A DNA stretch of 64,000 bases from Paraspadella gotoi (Eukaryota > Animalia > Chaetognatha). The notes beneath the pieces were generated by a model. That model made no database searches, was not told the DNA's origin, and saw nothing but the letters and a program-made list of their open reading frames with translations. Every line of letters starts with the position of its first letter. The stretch's first letter is position 1. Below are positions 27,111 to 41,481 of this stretch, piece after piece. Position numbers and translations under genes: made by a program. Where the stretch lies: the NCBI GenBank assembly GCA_051294375.1, contig CM119271.1:8113788-8177787 (forward strand), given 5' to 3'.

Positions 27111-28968
27111 CGACACAGATTATCTCCTAATTTCTCGACTCTCTCTCTCTTTCTTTCTCTTTTCTTCTGCTTTCTTCTTTTTACACAATGACCAAATCTT
27201 ATCGGCAGGAGCTGCATGTTTCCCAGCCAATCTTTTTCCCGTCCCGGATCGCGCGGCATATAACATCAGTGCCATCTCCCTGTGGTCCGAGCGGCGCGTA
27301 CAGCTCGGCGGCGGCGCGCCCCGTTCGGGTCCGTCAGAAAAAAGTGGCTCGCAAAACTAGACCGATGAAAGAAGGATGGAGACGAAGAGAAGAGAGAGAG
27401 GATAATAAATAGAAAAGCAGAATAAGAGAGAGAGGCAACAGGGGAAGACGGGGAGACAGAAGACTAAGATTATTGAGAAACTTCCGTATCTGTACTCAAT
27501 AGTTGTAGAGCTAGGTCTTATTTTCTGAATAATTGGGGGTGTAAGGGTGCTTAGGGGTGTTCTTTTCGCATCCTCCGCCCATTTCTTCAGTTTAATATTC
27601 GATTCTCCTCTCTCCTCTTCTTTGCTTCTCTCTCTCCTCCTCTCTCTCTCGTCTCTCTCTCTCTCGATTTCTCCTTTTCTCTTTCTACTTGTCTTGTTGA
27701 CGCTTTTCACAAAAGTTACAGTCGTACAACGACTTTTGCGTCTCTCCTCTCAACAACAAACATACAGCACATCGAGATGAAACAGCCGAACTTGAACGCG
27801 GGTGGCGGCGTCGGGAAGAACGTCGTGATGGAAAACCTGGCGCCGATACAGGAAGNNNNNNNNNNNNNNNNNNNNNNNNNNNNNNNNNNNNNNNNNNNNN
27901 NNNNNNNNNNNNNNNNNNNNNNNNNNNNNNNNNNNNNNNNNNNNNNNNNNNNNNNAATAAGATCGACGGACGACGACGAGAGTTAATGTCCAACGGCGCA
28001 ACGGAGGATTTTTGCATCGGAGGATAGTCACATCGGCGGATGGGTGCGTCGGCCAATGAACGCGTCAGCGGACGGTCGTAAGTGGCAGATGGAAGCATTG
28101 GCGATTAGACAATGGACGTGACAACGCCGTCGGGTTGGAACGTTGTCGGGTAGGCGCGTCAGTCGATGGATGCGTCGGCTGATGAGTGTGCCGGTGGTTA
28201 ACCGGCCGAAAAGGGGAATCGTCCGACTTGACTGCTCGTCTCTCCGTATCGAGCTGTTTCATTGACGGAGCAGTCGGTAAACTTCGCGTTGGAGGCGGGA
28301 CCGAGGATTGCCGGGCCAGCGGCGAATGTGTCAGGAGCCGCGCCGGCTGCAGCGCGGAGCGTCGGGGCTGGCGGAGGCCGAAGCCGCCCCCATTTCGAAT
28401 CGGCCGATGAATAATTCGATCTCAATACGAGATCCCAACTGCGAAGTGGATTTCTTTCTTTTTTTTTCTTTTTTCTTTCTTTCTCTTTTTCTTTTATTTC
28501 TTTTTTTCTTTCTTACTTTCCTTCTTNNNNNNNNNNNNNNNNNNNNNNNNNNNNNNNNNNNNNNNNNNNNNNNNNNNNNNNNNNNNNNNNNNNNNNNNNN
28601 NNNNNNNNNNNNNNNNNNNNNNNNNNNNNNNNNNNNNNNNNNNNNNNNNNNNNNNNNNNNNNNNNNNNNNNNNNNNNNNNNNNNNNNNNNNNNNNNNNNN
28701 NNNNNNNNNNNNNNNNNNNNNNNNNNNNNNNNNNNNNTTCTTTGACTATTCAGTTCTTTATTTCTTTTTTCATTTCTATATTTCTTTCTCTTCTTTCTTT
28801 CTTTATCTATTTTTTTTCCTATAATCCCTTCTTTGGTTCTTTCTTTTTTTTATTCTCTTTTTTATTTTCTTATTTCTCCCTCGGACTCGATTCAAAGATG
28901 GCGCTCGAATAAAAGTCGTCAACTCGAACGTTAAAAATCGAAAATACGAGTTTGTGCGCGTCGCCGCA

Positions 28969-29024
<56 letters not shown>

Positions 29025-29417
29025 CGACAGATTTATCTCCTAATTCTCGACTCTCTCTCTTTCTTTCTCTTTTCTCTTTTCTTTTTTACAAATGACAATC
29101 TAGCAGGAGCTCATGTTTCCCAGCCAATCTTTTCCCTCGCGGTCCATAACTCAGTGCCACTGGCAGCGTCATCGGCGGCGGCGCCGTTCGGACAAAAGGG
29201 CAAAACCGAGAGATGGAAAGATGGAGAGAGAGAGAGAGAGAGAGGATAAAAAGAAAAGAAAAAGAGAGAGGAAAGGGGAAAGGGAGAGAAGGCTAAGAAG
29301 AAAATTCGTATCGACTCAATATTTCTGTCTTATTTTCTGAATTGGGGGGTAAGGGCTTAGGGGTTCTTTTCCCTCGCTATTTCTTCAGTTTATATTGATT
29401 CTCTCTCTCTCTCTCTT

Positions 29418-29459
<42 letters not shown>

Positions 29460-29586
29460 TCTCTTTTTCTCTTTCTCTGTCTGTGACGTTTCCAAAAGTT
29501 ACCAACGACTTTTGCGTCTCTCCCTTCAACAACAACAACAACAACAACATCGAGACCGAAATTGACGCGGGGGGGCGTCGGGAAAG
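26180..29586. repeat. Tandem duplication of about 1.6 kb (26180-27818 and 27956-29586) across a 100-N gap
   Basis: Both copies start aataagatcgacg..aatgtccaacggcgcaacggagg and end ..gcgtcgggaa. Differences are mostly indels. Confidence 0.92.
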
Positions 29587-29640
29587 TCTGGACTGCGCGA
29601 TAAGGAAGACCTAAAATAGGCGCGAAACAAACGCCTCTCT

Positions 29641-29738
<98 letters not shown>

Positions 29739-30620
29739 ATCATCCTTTTTGATTTTCGAATTTGTATAATTCAATTTGAGAGTCGTTTTTCTGATAATTA
29801 ATTTTGAAGCAATCGTCTGAAAAAAAAATACCGTCGGCTTTACTTTCTGGATAAAAAAAATAATTCTAGAAAAAAATTCCAGAAAATTCTAGAAAAAAAA
29901 TTCCTTCATTAAAACTAAAGAGCGGATTTCGAGTGGCCAATGACAGACGCAGCGACGAGAATAAAAAAAAAACAAAAAGTCAATCCGATTCCTGAAAAGG
30001 AAAAGTGACGAAGGGCGACATCTGAGGATGAAAACAAGAAGACGTAAACAAATAAACAAACAACAAAGAAAGAAATCGCAGCTTACCGATATATATCTCA
30101 AAATCGAACGGGCGAAATAAATTCGATACACAACCGAGGAATTCTATATTTTTGTCTCTCCACTTAGAGCTTTCTCAAAATACTTCTTCCCTCTCCTTCC
30201 CCTTAACCCCAAGCCCCTTCAACTCCCCCTTAAACACCCCTTCCACATCCCTTAAAACCCCGCTTTCCTCCCTCCTGTGGTCGATGGGTGATGAGTTATT
30301 CCTCCTTCCATAACATTTCTTATTTTTCCTTGATTTCTTTCCTATTAGTATTCGGAGCCGAAGAAAGAAAGATCTCTTTTTTTTTTTTCTTTTCTCCTCT
30401 GGCCGAGAGGAGAGAGAGAGAGAGAGATGACGAGAGAGAGAGAAGAGGAGAAGCGAAGAGAGAGAGAGAGAGAGGAGACGAAGAGAGAGAAGAGAGTGAG
30501 AAGAGAGAGAGAGAGAGAAAGGAGAGAGAGAGAGAGAGACCAGAGAGTAGAGAGCGCATGGTCGTTTGAAAGGAGCGGTGGCGAGGAGTGGCGAAATTAG
30601 GCAGGAGGCCCAAATTCCAG

Positions 30621-30660
<40 letters not shown>

Positions 30661-30890
30661 GAGAGGATGAGGAGATGAGAGAAGAGATGAAGAGGAGAGA
30701 GAAGAGGAGAGAGATGAGAGAGAGAGAGAGGAGAAAGAGAGAGAGAGAGGTTACGCATGGTTTTGAAAGGAGCGATGGGGGGTGCAGGGAAAAAAGAGGT
30801 ACGGTCTGTAGCGTGTAAGAAAAAACCCTCAAAAAAAAAAAAGAAAGAAAATCTGAGAGGCGATAATAAATATAAACTGCGCAGAGCGGA

Positions 30891-30929
<39 letters not shown>

Positions 30930-30942
30930 CGCCGCCGCCGCC
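30891..30942. repeat. (GCC)n trinucleotide repeat
   Basis: About 17 units, roughly 15 bp downstream of TATAAA (30871). Confidence 0.9.
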
Positions 30943-31245
30943 TCTTAACGACGGGCGCCTTTTTTTTTACGAGGCTGGCGTCGCCAGAGTAGAGACGCTT
31001 GGACCGGAGGCGGAGCAAAGTGAAAGGACGAGGTTTCCTGTTGGGAGATGACCGCAGTTTTTTTGGTGGTTGATGGAATATGTGCAAGAAGCAGTCGCAG
31101 CACGTTGAACACTTGTGTTTATGGGGTCAGAGTAAACATTGAACGGTGTATAGAGTTAATAATATGTATTATGCAGTGTATAGAGTTAAAAGAATTGAAA
31201 ATGTCACGAAAGTTGATCAGTAGGGAGACGAAACTAGTACTAGTA

Positions 31246-31424
31246 CGAGAAGAAATTTATTGTTTGATCATAATATCATCATTACATTTATATATATATA
31301 TATTTTTTTTTTATTGAGATAAATTTTAGAAATTTTTCAATTTGAAAAAAAGAGATCTCGTTGAAAACTTAACAATAAAAAAATGTAATGATGATATTAT
31401 GATCAAACAATAAATTTCTTCTCG
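31246..31424. repeat. Perfect 44-bp inverted repeat with 91-bp spacer (MITE/foldback-like)
   Basis: 31246-31289 cgagaagaaatttattgtttgatcataatatcatcattacattt is the exact reverse complement of 31381-31424. Confidence 0.9.
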
Positions 31425-32850
31425 AAGTTCCAATGCAAGGATATTTTTTTTTGTCCAGTTTGTCTGTCGAAGATGGCGACATCTGGTCGAAGATCTTTGA
31501 TGCCAGAATGAGATCGGAAAAAACCGCGACTGAGAAATTTCGCGTTTGATAGAACGAAACGGGGGGGGGTGATTGGAGGACATTGGTGAGAGACCAATGG
31601 GCGTGAAAATGGCTTGAGTCTTGCGTTGGAACGTGCGAAGAGTCGTATTGAGTTGACGGAGGAAGTCAAAGAGATACGATTGCAATGGAATCGACAGCGG
31701 GTTGGCATATCGCACAATGATCGAATATGCGGCCGAGCGATTTATGGAAATAGATCTAAAAAGAAGTTAATCGAAGGCAGATGAAGTTGCAGATGTAGTT
31801 ACTGATGCAGTCGGGGATGCAGTTGCGACTTCAGATGGTGCCGGACGACCACAAAAAAAAACCCCGGTGAGACTTTCGAGGAAAGGCGAAAGGATTTGTC
31901 TGGCGAAGCAGACGATGAGGGACAAGGGCGAAATCGGAAGTCAGAGGCTGCGAGACGAAAAAAAAAAAAAGAAAGAAGGAGAAAAAAGATGATCAATCTG
32001 GAGATTTGGAGGAAAAGGAGAGGGAGGAATAATGGAGGAAGTGGGGAGGAAAAGAAAAGAAAAGGAAGAAGGAAAGTGGAGGAATTGACAATCGACAAGA
32101 GGTGAGGAAAAAGGAAAGGAGGGAGGAAAGGAAAAGAAAAGGAAGAAAGAAAGTTGAGGAATTGAAAATAGACAAGAGGTGAACAAAAAGAAAGGGGTAC
32201 GAAGGGGAGGAAAGTTAAAAATGCAGGAAGGAAACAGAGGAAAGAAAAGAGAGGTAGGAGAAAAGAGCAGAAGAAAGGGAAATAAGAAAAATGAAAGGAA
32301 AGGAAAGAGAGGAAAAGAAAGGTAAAAGAAAGTGAGCGGAGGAACGAGAAGCCGAGGGAGGTGGAGAGTTAAACGAAAAGCTGAAAAAGAGGGGAGATGG
32401 GAGATGGAAAAGAAAGTTGGAGAAGAGAAAAAAAGATATCTGAGTGAATTGGAAAATGAAAGGAGATTAAAGTGGTGATGGTTGAGAGATCCACAATCCG
32501 AAAAGAAGTGTTACGCTTCATGTCAAATTTCACAATTTTATAAACTTTACAAATTTTTATACTATCACTATTTTATCTCTTTTTTGTTGAAAACGATTCT
32601 CCTGTATGATCAAGTGATCTATAATCCATGATCCATGATTTTAAGCTTTTTATTTTCTTAAACCCAAATTTGTAACGACTTGGACGAAGTGTGATAATTA
32701 GTTCGAATAAAGAACCGAGGAAACTCTGCTCGAGCGACTCCTAAATTACGTGGAGACGGACAATGGGTCTGAAAAAACCTCTTCTTTTGTTTTATACTGA
32801 AAAAAAAAACAAGAACTCCTGTACTAAAGAAAGAATCGAAAGGGGAAAAG

Positions 32851-33385
<535 letters not shown>

Positions 33386-33569
33386 TGCGAGATAGTTTCT
33401 GTGTCAGCGTGTCTGGTGATGATTTTCATACAAAGACCAACATCATTAGTCATTCTTTAGTCAATCTTTATTAAACTATCCGCATTCGTCAGTCGTCGTC
33501 GTCGTCGTCGTCGTCATCGTCGTCTTCCTCCTCAAGTTTTTGTGGCCAAAGAACCAATTTTCATTATTA

Positions 33570-34033
33570 CTATCTAGGAAAAAACTATATCACATAATTG
33601 TTAAAAAGTAAATTTATTTAATAAAAAATATATAAAATATGGTTAAACCTATTTCAATATTTGGTTACAATCGTACAGCGAATTGAGGTATGACGGTAAA
33701 ATATTTTTCTCTTTAACATGATTCTTTTCTACGCCTGCCACCGATGTTACGATGACTTTTCCTTATTTACAATGGCAAAAAAAGGTGCACTGCCCCCAAA
33801 TTACAAAAAAAATAAAAATGATAATTAACTTAATTCAAATTAAAAAAAAAAATTTAATACCAAAAATAGTAAAAAATTAAATATAATTTTTTTTACCCTT
33901 TTTTACATGAGGTAACTGACTACTAAAAAGAAATTTAATATCGATTCTAAAATATTCCGATTTTTTAAAAATCGAACAAGCTTTTGAGTTGATATCCTCC
34001 ACTAAAAATGTGATATACTTTTTTCCTAGATGG
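33570..34033 (-). mobile_element. Tc1-derived non-autonomous element with both TIRs and TA target duplication
   Basis: TA|ctatctaggaaaaaa..tatatcaca at the left and tgtgatatacttttttcctagatgg|TA at the right. 33681-33750 is the diverged reverse complement of the transposase tail at 22535-22598. Confidence 0.85.
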
Positions 34034-36092
34034 TATTTCTCATCTCGTATATCAATTAATGATTTTTTAATCTCCTCCTTTTTTCTCTCGATTTCTCTTC
34101 ATCCACGATTTTTTTTCCCTTTTTTTCGGGCGGCTATTTTTCAAAAATGGCGTTAGTGCCTTCCTTTTTTTTAAATGGAAGAACGATTTAATTTAATCTT
34201 TATTAATTAAAATTAATTCCCCGCCGCTTTTTTTTCTTTTTTAGGAACGATCGTTTTTCTTTGCCAAATGAGACGGAGTCTATTAAAGATGGCGGCAAAG
34301 TTCTTAAGTAGGGTTCGTTCGTTTGTTCGTTCCATCGTTTATTCGTCGTCGTCGTCGTCGTCGACATCGTCGTCGACGTCGCCGTCGTCGTCGTCGTTTA
34401 GCGCTTGAAAAATAATCATTTTTTGGGGACTCATTCCCTTCACGTATTTTTTATTTAGTTATTATTGTTTTTGTATTGTTTAACCTTGTTTATTACTATT
34501 GCCGGTATCAATGTTTTATCAATGTGTACCATGGAAGGCAAAATCTATTAAAAACAACGTTCTAGAGTAAATCGTTAAACATTCAATTAAATTCCATTTC
34601 TAATCTTATCTCAACAAGCAGGAAAAAAATGCTCTGAAAAAAAAAATAACCAAAGCCGATTCTGTTAAAATTACTTTGAATATTTTTTAAACTTTTATTT
34701 TATTTTTATTTTTTTCACAAAGTCGTTTGAATTCTTATCAAACAAACGCTTATGCCGTAGTTTTCAATCTATTTAGTTTCAATAATTCTTTTTCATACGA
34801 TAGCACATAATAGTCAAATGACCGACCGACCAAAATATATCTCTCAATTCGATAAGAAAGAGTCCGCCACATCCAAAGTGGTTCCATTAGCAATTAACGC
34901 TTTATCTGATTGGGCCTTTCCCTCTCCGCGTTCGGGGGAAAGAATAATTATCGAAATCTATTGAAGGAGTAATCGTTGTTATTGTCTCTGGTTTGTTTTG
35001 TTCTTTGGTCAACTTCGTTTACTTTTGTCATTAAGTTCGGCTTTTTTTATAAAACCAGAGTTTCTTTGGCATCTTTAGCTTTTGCGTCGGACTTGCCCTT
35101 AAGCTTGCCCACTCCGCCCTGGCCCAGGCACGTTCTTCACTATAGAACGCCATATTCTTCTAGGGTTTACTTAAATCGTTCGCATTAACTTAAGTAGTAG
35201 CAATCGCGTTCCTGTGAACGCCATAATTTCCTGAGTTTGGCCGAACATATTAATATAAAATGAATTTTTTTTTTAAAGAAATTAAGAGACTGACGGACCC
35301 AAAAAAAAAACAACTTTCTGTCCCGTAGAAACAACGAAGAAAACAAGGAAATAAAAATTGACCAATCAGCCGCGTCGATCACTCATTCTTTCTTTCTTTC
35401 CTTTCCTGCTCCTGCCGCTTTACCAGCTGCTGCTCCCGCTGCTGCTCCTCTTTCCCCTTTTCCTCTTCCTCTTTGTCTTCTTCTTTTTAAGAATCTTATT
35501 CGACCTTTCGTTAAACTCGCGATTCAGACGACGAAACCTTTTCCCGTAACGCTTTTCTTTTACAAAGCTTACTTTTCTTAGCGTGATGTTACATACTGAA
35601 ACAGAGACAGGAAAGCGTCTTATAGATTAGCGTACTAACGCGACTGCAAAATAAAAAATGAAAATAAAACATCGAATTTTGATTCCTTTGCCCCCCCCCC
35701 CAAAAAAAAAGAATTGAAAAATTCGTCTTCCTCCGTTGAGCGGCCATCATTCGTCATCAAGACGCGGGAAACACGGCCGGGCCGCGGTGCCCTCTCCCCC
35801 CCCCGTCAATCCCATCTCAACCAACCCTTTTAGCCTCGACCCACCCCTCCGCGGCCGAGGCCGAAAGGGGGCTTGCCCGGCCCTGCCCGGCCGGTGCGAT
35901 TGACCGGCGGACAGCTTTTGAGGATTTTCGCCGAACAACAACTCGGGGAGAGAGAAACGCTGTACGGAGTTGCCTCCTCGCTGGTAACGAACGGAGGAGG
36001 GAGAGAGGGGGTAGGGAGAGAGAGAGAGAGTGAAAGAGAGAGTGAAAGAGAGAGTGTGTTCTTGCGCCGCCTTCTTGTTTTATTCATGAGAC

Positions 36093-36143
<51 letters not shown>

Positions 36144-36685
36144 TCTCTCTCCAGATGAGCAGACTAGCGTGTTTTTTTCTCTTGTAAGTCTTTTTTTTGC
36201 CTATCGACTTGATTTTTTTTTCTGTGTTCGTTCGTGTTTATTTTCCATCCATCAGCGATGGTGACTAAACACAAACTAAAAATGCCGGAGAAAGAGAGGA
36301 GAGAGAGAGAGGGAGTGGGGGAGGCCGGGGAGCGGGAGGTACGGCGGGGGGAGGAGGGGAGGAGGAATGGGGCTACGGGGGCGGGAGGGAGAATGAAGGG
36401 GGGGCAAGGGGTAAGTGGGGGGGAGAAGAGGAGCGCATGATAGCTGCCGATGCCCCGTGGTATAGCCGTTTAGTGCATTCTGCTTGTGTGACGTACAGAT
36501 GAACATAAGCGACCCTCCTCCTGTTCATAAGAGTATGCTGCTATGAATGTACAGTAGCTTGCATATACGGCTCCACGTAGATTCAGCGGCGAAATCGTAC
36601 CGACGCACGAGACTGCACGCGTCTGACAGCGGTATTCTTAGCGACGAGATGATGCAAGGTGCGTCGTACTCGCCATCTCAAGTTC

Positions 36686-37727
36686 CTGGAGCGACGAGCC
36701 TATGCCCGGCCGTCGGCGGCAGTGGGCGGGAGGGTTTTTTTTTTTTTTAAAAATCCTCTCCCCCATCTAAGCTCCGGACGAGTAGGAGGGTCGGCCGTTG
36801 GTGGCGTCGAAGGTTGCGTGCGCGAGCCGACTGGAGCCCGCACGGGCTGCAGATTCGGTGGTTTAGTAGCGAATATTCGACGAGACCTCGGAAGACCGAA
36901 GTGGAGAAGGGTTTCCAGTGAACAGCAGATTGAATCATGGCAGCGGATCCTAAGTCGTAGGCGAACGCCGTTCTGAGAGGCACGGTACGCTTGTTTTTCA
37001 CTTGCTCCCCGGAACGAGCGAAAGGGAATCCGCGTCAAATATTCCGCGGAGGCGTAGACGCCGTGGAGGACCGTGGGTCGGGCCTTGCTGCCCCGCGTCA
37101 AGCGCCTGGCAAAAACGCGAGCGATCTGGGGCGACGTCGTCGTCAGGGCCGGGAGAGTTCTTCTTTTCTTTGTAAGGTTCGCAGGCAGCCTGGAAGGGGT
37201 TCGCCCCGAGAGAGGGTGCAACAGCGATTTTCCGCAAAAAGCTCTGCGCGCTCTCGCAGGTCCGAGTCCTGTCGCCGGCCCTTGAAAACCCAGGGACGGC
37301 ACTTCGGTGAATCTGGCGCTACTCGTACCCATATCCGCCAGCAGGTTCTCCGAGGTGACAGCCTCTGGTCGACCTAGACAATGTAGTAAGGGGAAGTCGG
37401 CCAAAATGGATCCGTTAACTTCGAGCGACAAGGATTGGCTCTAAGGGCCGCGGGCGGACGGGACCTGCTCGAAAACGAGATGGCGGGACGGTCGCCGGAT
37501 GCGGCGGAACTGGAACAAAGTTCGGAGGTCCGAGCCGCGGCACCTCGTTGTGTTTGGCGCTGGCGCTTGAAGGACCGAGTTCGGATCTGCCGGGGGCCTT
37601 TCCGTCGGACCCGCCTCAGCCTGCGAGGGGGGCGTAGGGGCACCGGCGTTCGCGCCCGACCGTTCCTGCGTCGTTCTCTTCGTCCGTCGAAGCCAACGGT
37701 CAACTTAGAAGACTGGCACCGGACCTG

Positions 37728-37759
<32 letters not shown>

Positions 37760-38741
37760 CGCGACGGTCCCCGGGGATGTTTGACGCTGATTGTGATTTC
37801 TGCCCAGGCTCTGAATGTCAAAGTGAAGGAAATTTCATCGGAAGCGCGTGAGTAAACGGCGGGGGGAGAAACGGAATATTGACTCTCTTTAAGGTAGCCA
37901 AATGCCTCGTCATACTAATTAGTGAGCGCCCATGAACGGGTCGATGAACGAGATTCCCGCTGTCCCTATCTACTATCTAGCGAAACGGACAGCAAGGGAA
38001 CGGCGGCTTGGGCAGAATCAGCGGGGAAAGGACCCTGTTGAGCTTGACTCTTAGTTCCGAGTTGTGGAGAAGACACGAGGGTGTAGGATAGGTAGGATGT
38101 GCTCGCTCCTTCGCGGGTGGGTACGCCGGTGGAAATACCACCACCTCCCGTCGTTTCTCTACTTACGCGGGGTTATCGGCGACGGGCCCCCCTCGCTGGT
38201 GGGCCTCGGATTCTGGCAGCTACGGGGAGGGGAAAGCCGGCCTCGCGTCGGGTATCCCATCTTCTCCCAAGCTGCTCCGGGGCGGACAGCGCCCGGGCGG
38301 GGAGTTTGGACTGGCGGCTACATCCTTTTCAAAGCGTAACGCGGGTGTCGGCGGATAGGCCGAGGCTCAAAGCGGGGACAGAAACCTTCGCGTAGAGCAA
38401 AAAGGGCAAAAGTGGCTCGATTCCCGACCTTCGTAAAGGGTGACTGGACCGTGAAAGCGCGGCCTATCGATTCCTTTCTGTTTATTCCCCCGGGCGTTCG
38501 TTGGGGGCGAAGAGGTGTCAGAAAGTTACGCACAGGGATAACTGCTTGTGGCAGCCAAGCGTTCATAGCGACGTTGCTTTTTTGGATCCTTCGGATTGTC
38601 GGCGCTCTTCCTATTCATTGCGAGGGGTAAGGCAGAATTCGGCCAAGCGTCGGATTGTTCACCCGCCAATAGGGAACGTGAGCTGGACGTTTAGACCGTC
38701 GTGATTACAGGTTAGTTTTACCCTAAACTGATGACTCGATC
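36686..38741 (+). rRNA. 28S rRNA: 28S (LSU) rRNA fragment, central to 3' part, indel-ridden (pseudogene or unpolished read)
   Basis: Conserved cores in the correct order: gaagtggagaagggtt, gtaaggggaagtcggc..gatccg, gggaatccgactgtctaattaaaacaaagcatcgcga, ttaaggtagccaaatgcctcgtcat, cacagggataact..gtggcagccaagcgttcatagcgacgttgctttttg, tttagaccgtcgtga..caggttagttttacccta. No 18S or 5.8S nearby; ends at a 25-N gap. Confidence 0.95.
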
Positions 38742-38766
38742 NNNNNNNNNNNNNNNNNNNNNNNNN

Positions 38767-38802
<36 letters not shown>

Positions 38803-39646
38803 ATTATGAAGCCTTTTCGGGCTAAAACGAGCGAAAAAGTATGAATTATTATGGGGTGGAAAAAAAAAAGCGGGACAGAGACAGAGACGCCTCCATCGAC
38901 GAAGTCTTTGGCGACGCGATTTCGTGGGAGGAGTCGGCGACGTAAGACGTTGAGAGAGAGAGAGGGAGAATTATTGATCCTAGAAAGATCGAGAGAGAGA
39001 GAAATGGGTGACCACTGATATGTGATCACTGACCAGTTCCCGATGAGAGTGTGGCTTGACCCCACACCGACTATGCCCGGTGCAGGCTATCCCTGGGGCC
39101 AGGGAAGAGCGACCGTGTGTGCGAATTGAATGGCGTAACTTTGAATTTAGTACTGGATCCTTTTTTTTTTGTAGCATCGTGAATTTATGGTCAACACTTT
39201 TTTGCAAAGACCTTGGCGACTGCGGTATTACAGCATCATGAAATAGCCTTTGCCATCAGCATTACGGCAGTCAAGACTAGAGAATGCCCATTGGGTAAGA
39301 ATTTAGAATGGCGGCAACATTTTAGAGATCGATCGATTGAGTCAACGAGTTTCAATTATACAAAGCTTCAAGCTTCTGGAAGAGTTAGCGTGGGCGGCCG
39401 CCGCTTTTGAAAGACGAACAAAATGCGTTTTTGAAAAAAAAAAGACGAATTTTCTTGGCGAATGGAAATAGATCCAAAAAAAGAAAGAAAGAATAAGCAT
39501 AAGGGTGAACGGCCGCTCGAAATCGCAAAAACTGCCTTTTAAAATTGAATTAAACCGTCATGAATAGTTTTTTATTGCTCTATTAGGTTATTTGATGATT
39601 TTATACAAGGGCAAAATTACATTTCTCTGTTTACTAAAAATTATGT

Positions 39647-39703
<57 letters not shown>

Positions 39704-39974
39704 GCTGGCAACCCGCTCGACCACCTTGCCAAAAAACTGGGAGACAAGAACGAGGCGGAAAAAACCAAACAATTTTTNNNNNNNNNNNNNNNNNNNNNNN
39801 NNNNNNNNNNNNNNNNNNNNNNNNNNNNNNNNNNNNNNNNNNNNNNNNNNNNNNNNNNNNNNNNNNNNNNNNNNNNNNNNNNNNNNNNNNNNNNNNNNNN
39901 NNNNNNNNNNNNNNNNNNNNNNNNNNNNNNNNNNNNNNNNNNNNNNNNNNNNNNNNNNNNNNNNNNNNNNNNNN

Positions 39975-40011
<37 letters not shown>

Positions 40012-40244
40012 TCATACGTTTTTCTCCCAGCGTGCCCTCGGAAAGACCATTAAGCGAAGGCAGTGACCAAAAGAGAACTCAAAGAATAAATCTTTGGCTT
40101 TTTCTTTCTTTATTTATTTCTCTTTGTTTGTCGAGTCGCAACTCGAAACTGTGAAAGGCGTTATAAAGAAAGCGCAAGAAAAATAAATCAATTTTCATCC
40201 TTTTCAGTTTGAAAGATTTCCAAAATTTTGAGGCGGAAACCGGG

Positions 40245-40388
40245 CCCGGTCGGCGATCCCGGTTCGGCCGATCCCGGTCGGCCGATTCCCGGTTGCGGCG
40301 ATCCCGGTCAGGCGATCCCGGTCGGCGATTCCGGTCGGCGATCCCGGTCGCGGTGTTGATTCGGCCGGTTCGGTCGGCGATCTCCGGT
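40245..40388. repeat. GC-rich 14-15-bp minisatellite (cccggtcggcgat-like), about 10 copies
   Basis: Repeated ccggt(t)cggc(c)gat(c/t)c units. Confidence 0.85.
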
Positions 40389-41439
40389 AGTTCAGTCCTC
40401 AATTGGCTTTTTACCTCACTCTTATTCATTCGCTGAAGTAAAGTTTAAGGATTCATATACTAAATAACAATTATTAATTCTTAATAATCAGTTTACACAG
40501 TTATGCTTTATAACTTTTATTTTGACGAGAAGTTTCCTCAAAATGCAGACAAACAAACAGATAGATTGACAGAGAGACAGGAGAGCCAACGCCAGAAACA
40601 GTACATCAATGTATATTGTATCAATTGCAGCATAACAAAAAATATAGCATATGATTTTCCTTTCTTTCGAGATAAGCCATTCTTCCATTAAGGTCGGTCA
40701 GTCCACATACTTTCCCACCCCTACTCGCTCCCCTCCCTCTGTAAACTCCGCCGTAGAAACCTCTTCTTTCCCCTCGATCCCCCGGCCCCAACCCACCAAC
40801 CTCCGAGACGAGGCGGCGCCCCAAGCGTTCTTTTTAATGCAAAACGTCTCCGCGTGTATTATATCCTTCTCTGCCTCTGGCGGTCGTCAATCAAGGAAGT
40901 GAAAAAAATTATGAACATTGTCAGTTGATCGGTCTTCGTTACCCTCGCTCCGCTGGGAGCTGGAAGAAAGGGAGGAAGAAAAAAAAAAAATGGGGGGAGG
41001 GGCGATCTTGGGTGTATTGGCGGTGGAGGTGAGTAATGCCTCTTTCCACCCCCTCCTACATCCCACAGACGCTTTCTGCCTAACCGCCGCGGCAGACNNN
41101 NNNNNNNNNNNNNNNNNNNNNNNNNNNNNNNNNNNNNNNNNNNNNNNNNNNNNNNNNNNNNNNNNNNNNNNNNNNNNNNNNNNNNNNNNNNNNNNNNNNN
41201 NNNNNNNNNNNNNNNNNNNNNNNNNNNNNNNNNNNNNNNNNNNNNNNNNNNNNNNNNNNNNNNNNNNNNNNNNNNNNNNNNNNNNCAGATATTTTCTTAT
41301 GCTGCCGGTCTCGTTGTGAAAATTTTTTTTTCTTCGCTGCCCTTTGCGGTTTAAAAAAAAATGTTTTCCTTTGAATTCTTTGTCAATATTTATCTTTCTT
41401 AATTAAATTCAAACTATGAAATTTTCAATTTACCCCATT

Positions 41440-41481
41440 TCTCTTCGGAGGCGTGGGTTTCGAATCTCACCGCTGCCACCA
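41440..41481 (+). pseudogene. tRNA-Leu 3' half with encoded CCA
   Basis: tctcttcggaggcgtgggtttcgaatctcaccgctgcca+cca matches the variable arm, T arm and acceptor strand of animal tRNA-Leu (AAG/TAG type). The 5' half and anticodon are absent. Confidence 0.8.

Noticed and set aside
35735-35995. GC-rich block upstream of the 28S piece as ITS or 18S end
   Set aside because: Only a vague gcggccatcatt resemblance; no 18S or 5.8S core sequences.
36659-38704. ORFs of 60-243 aa
   Set aside because: They lie inside the GC-rich 28S rRNA sequence.
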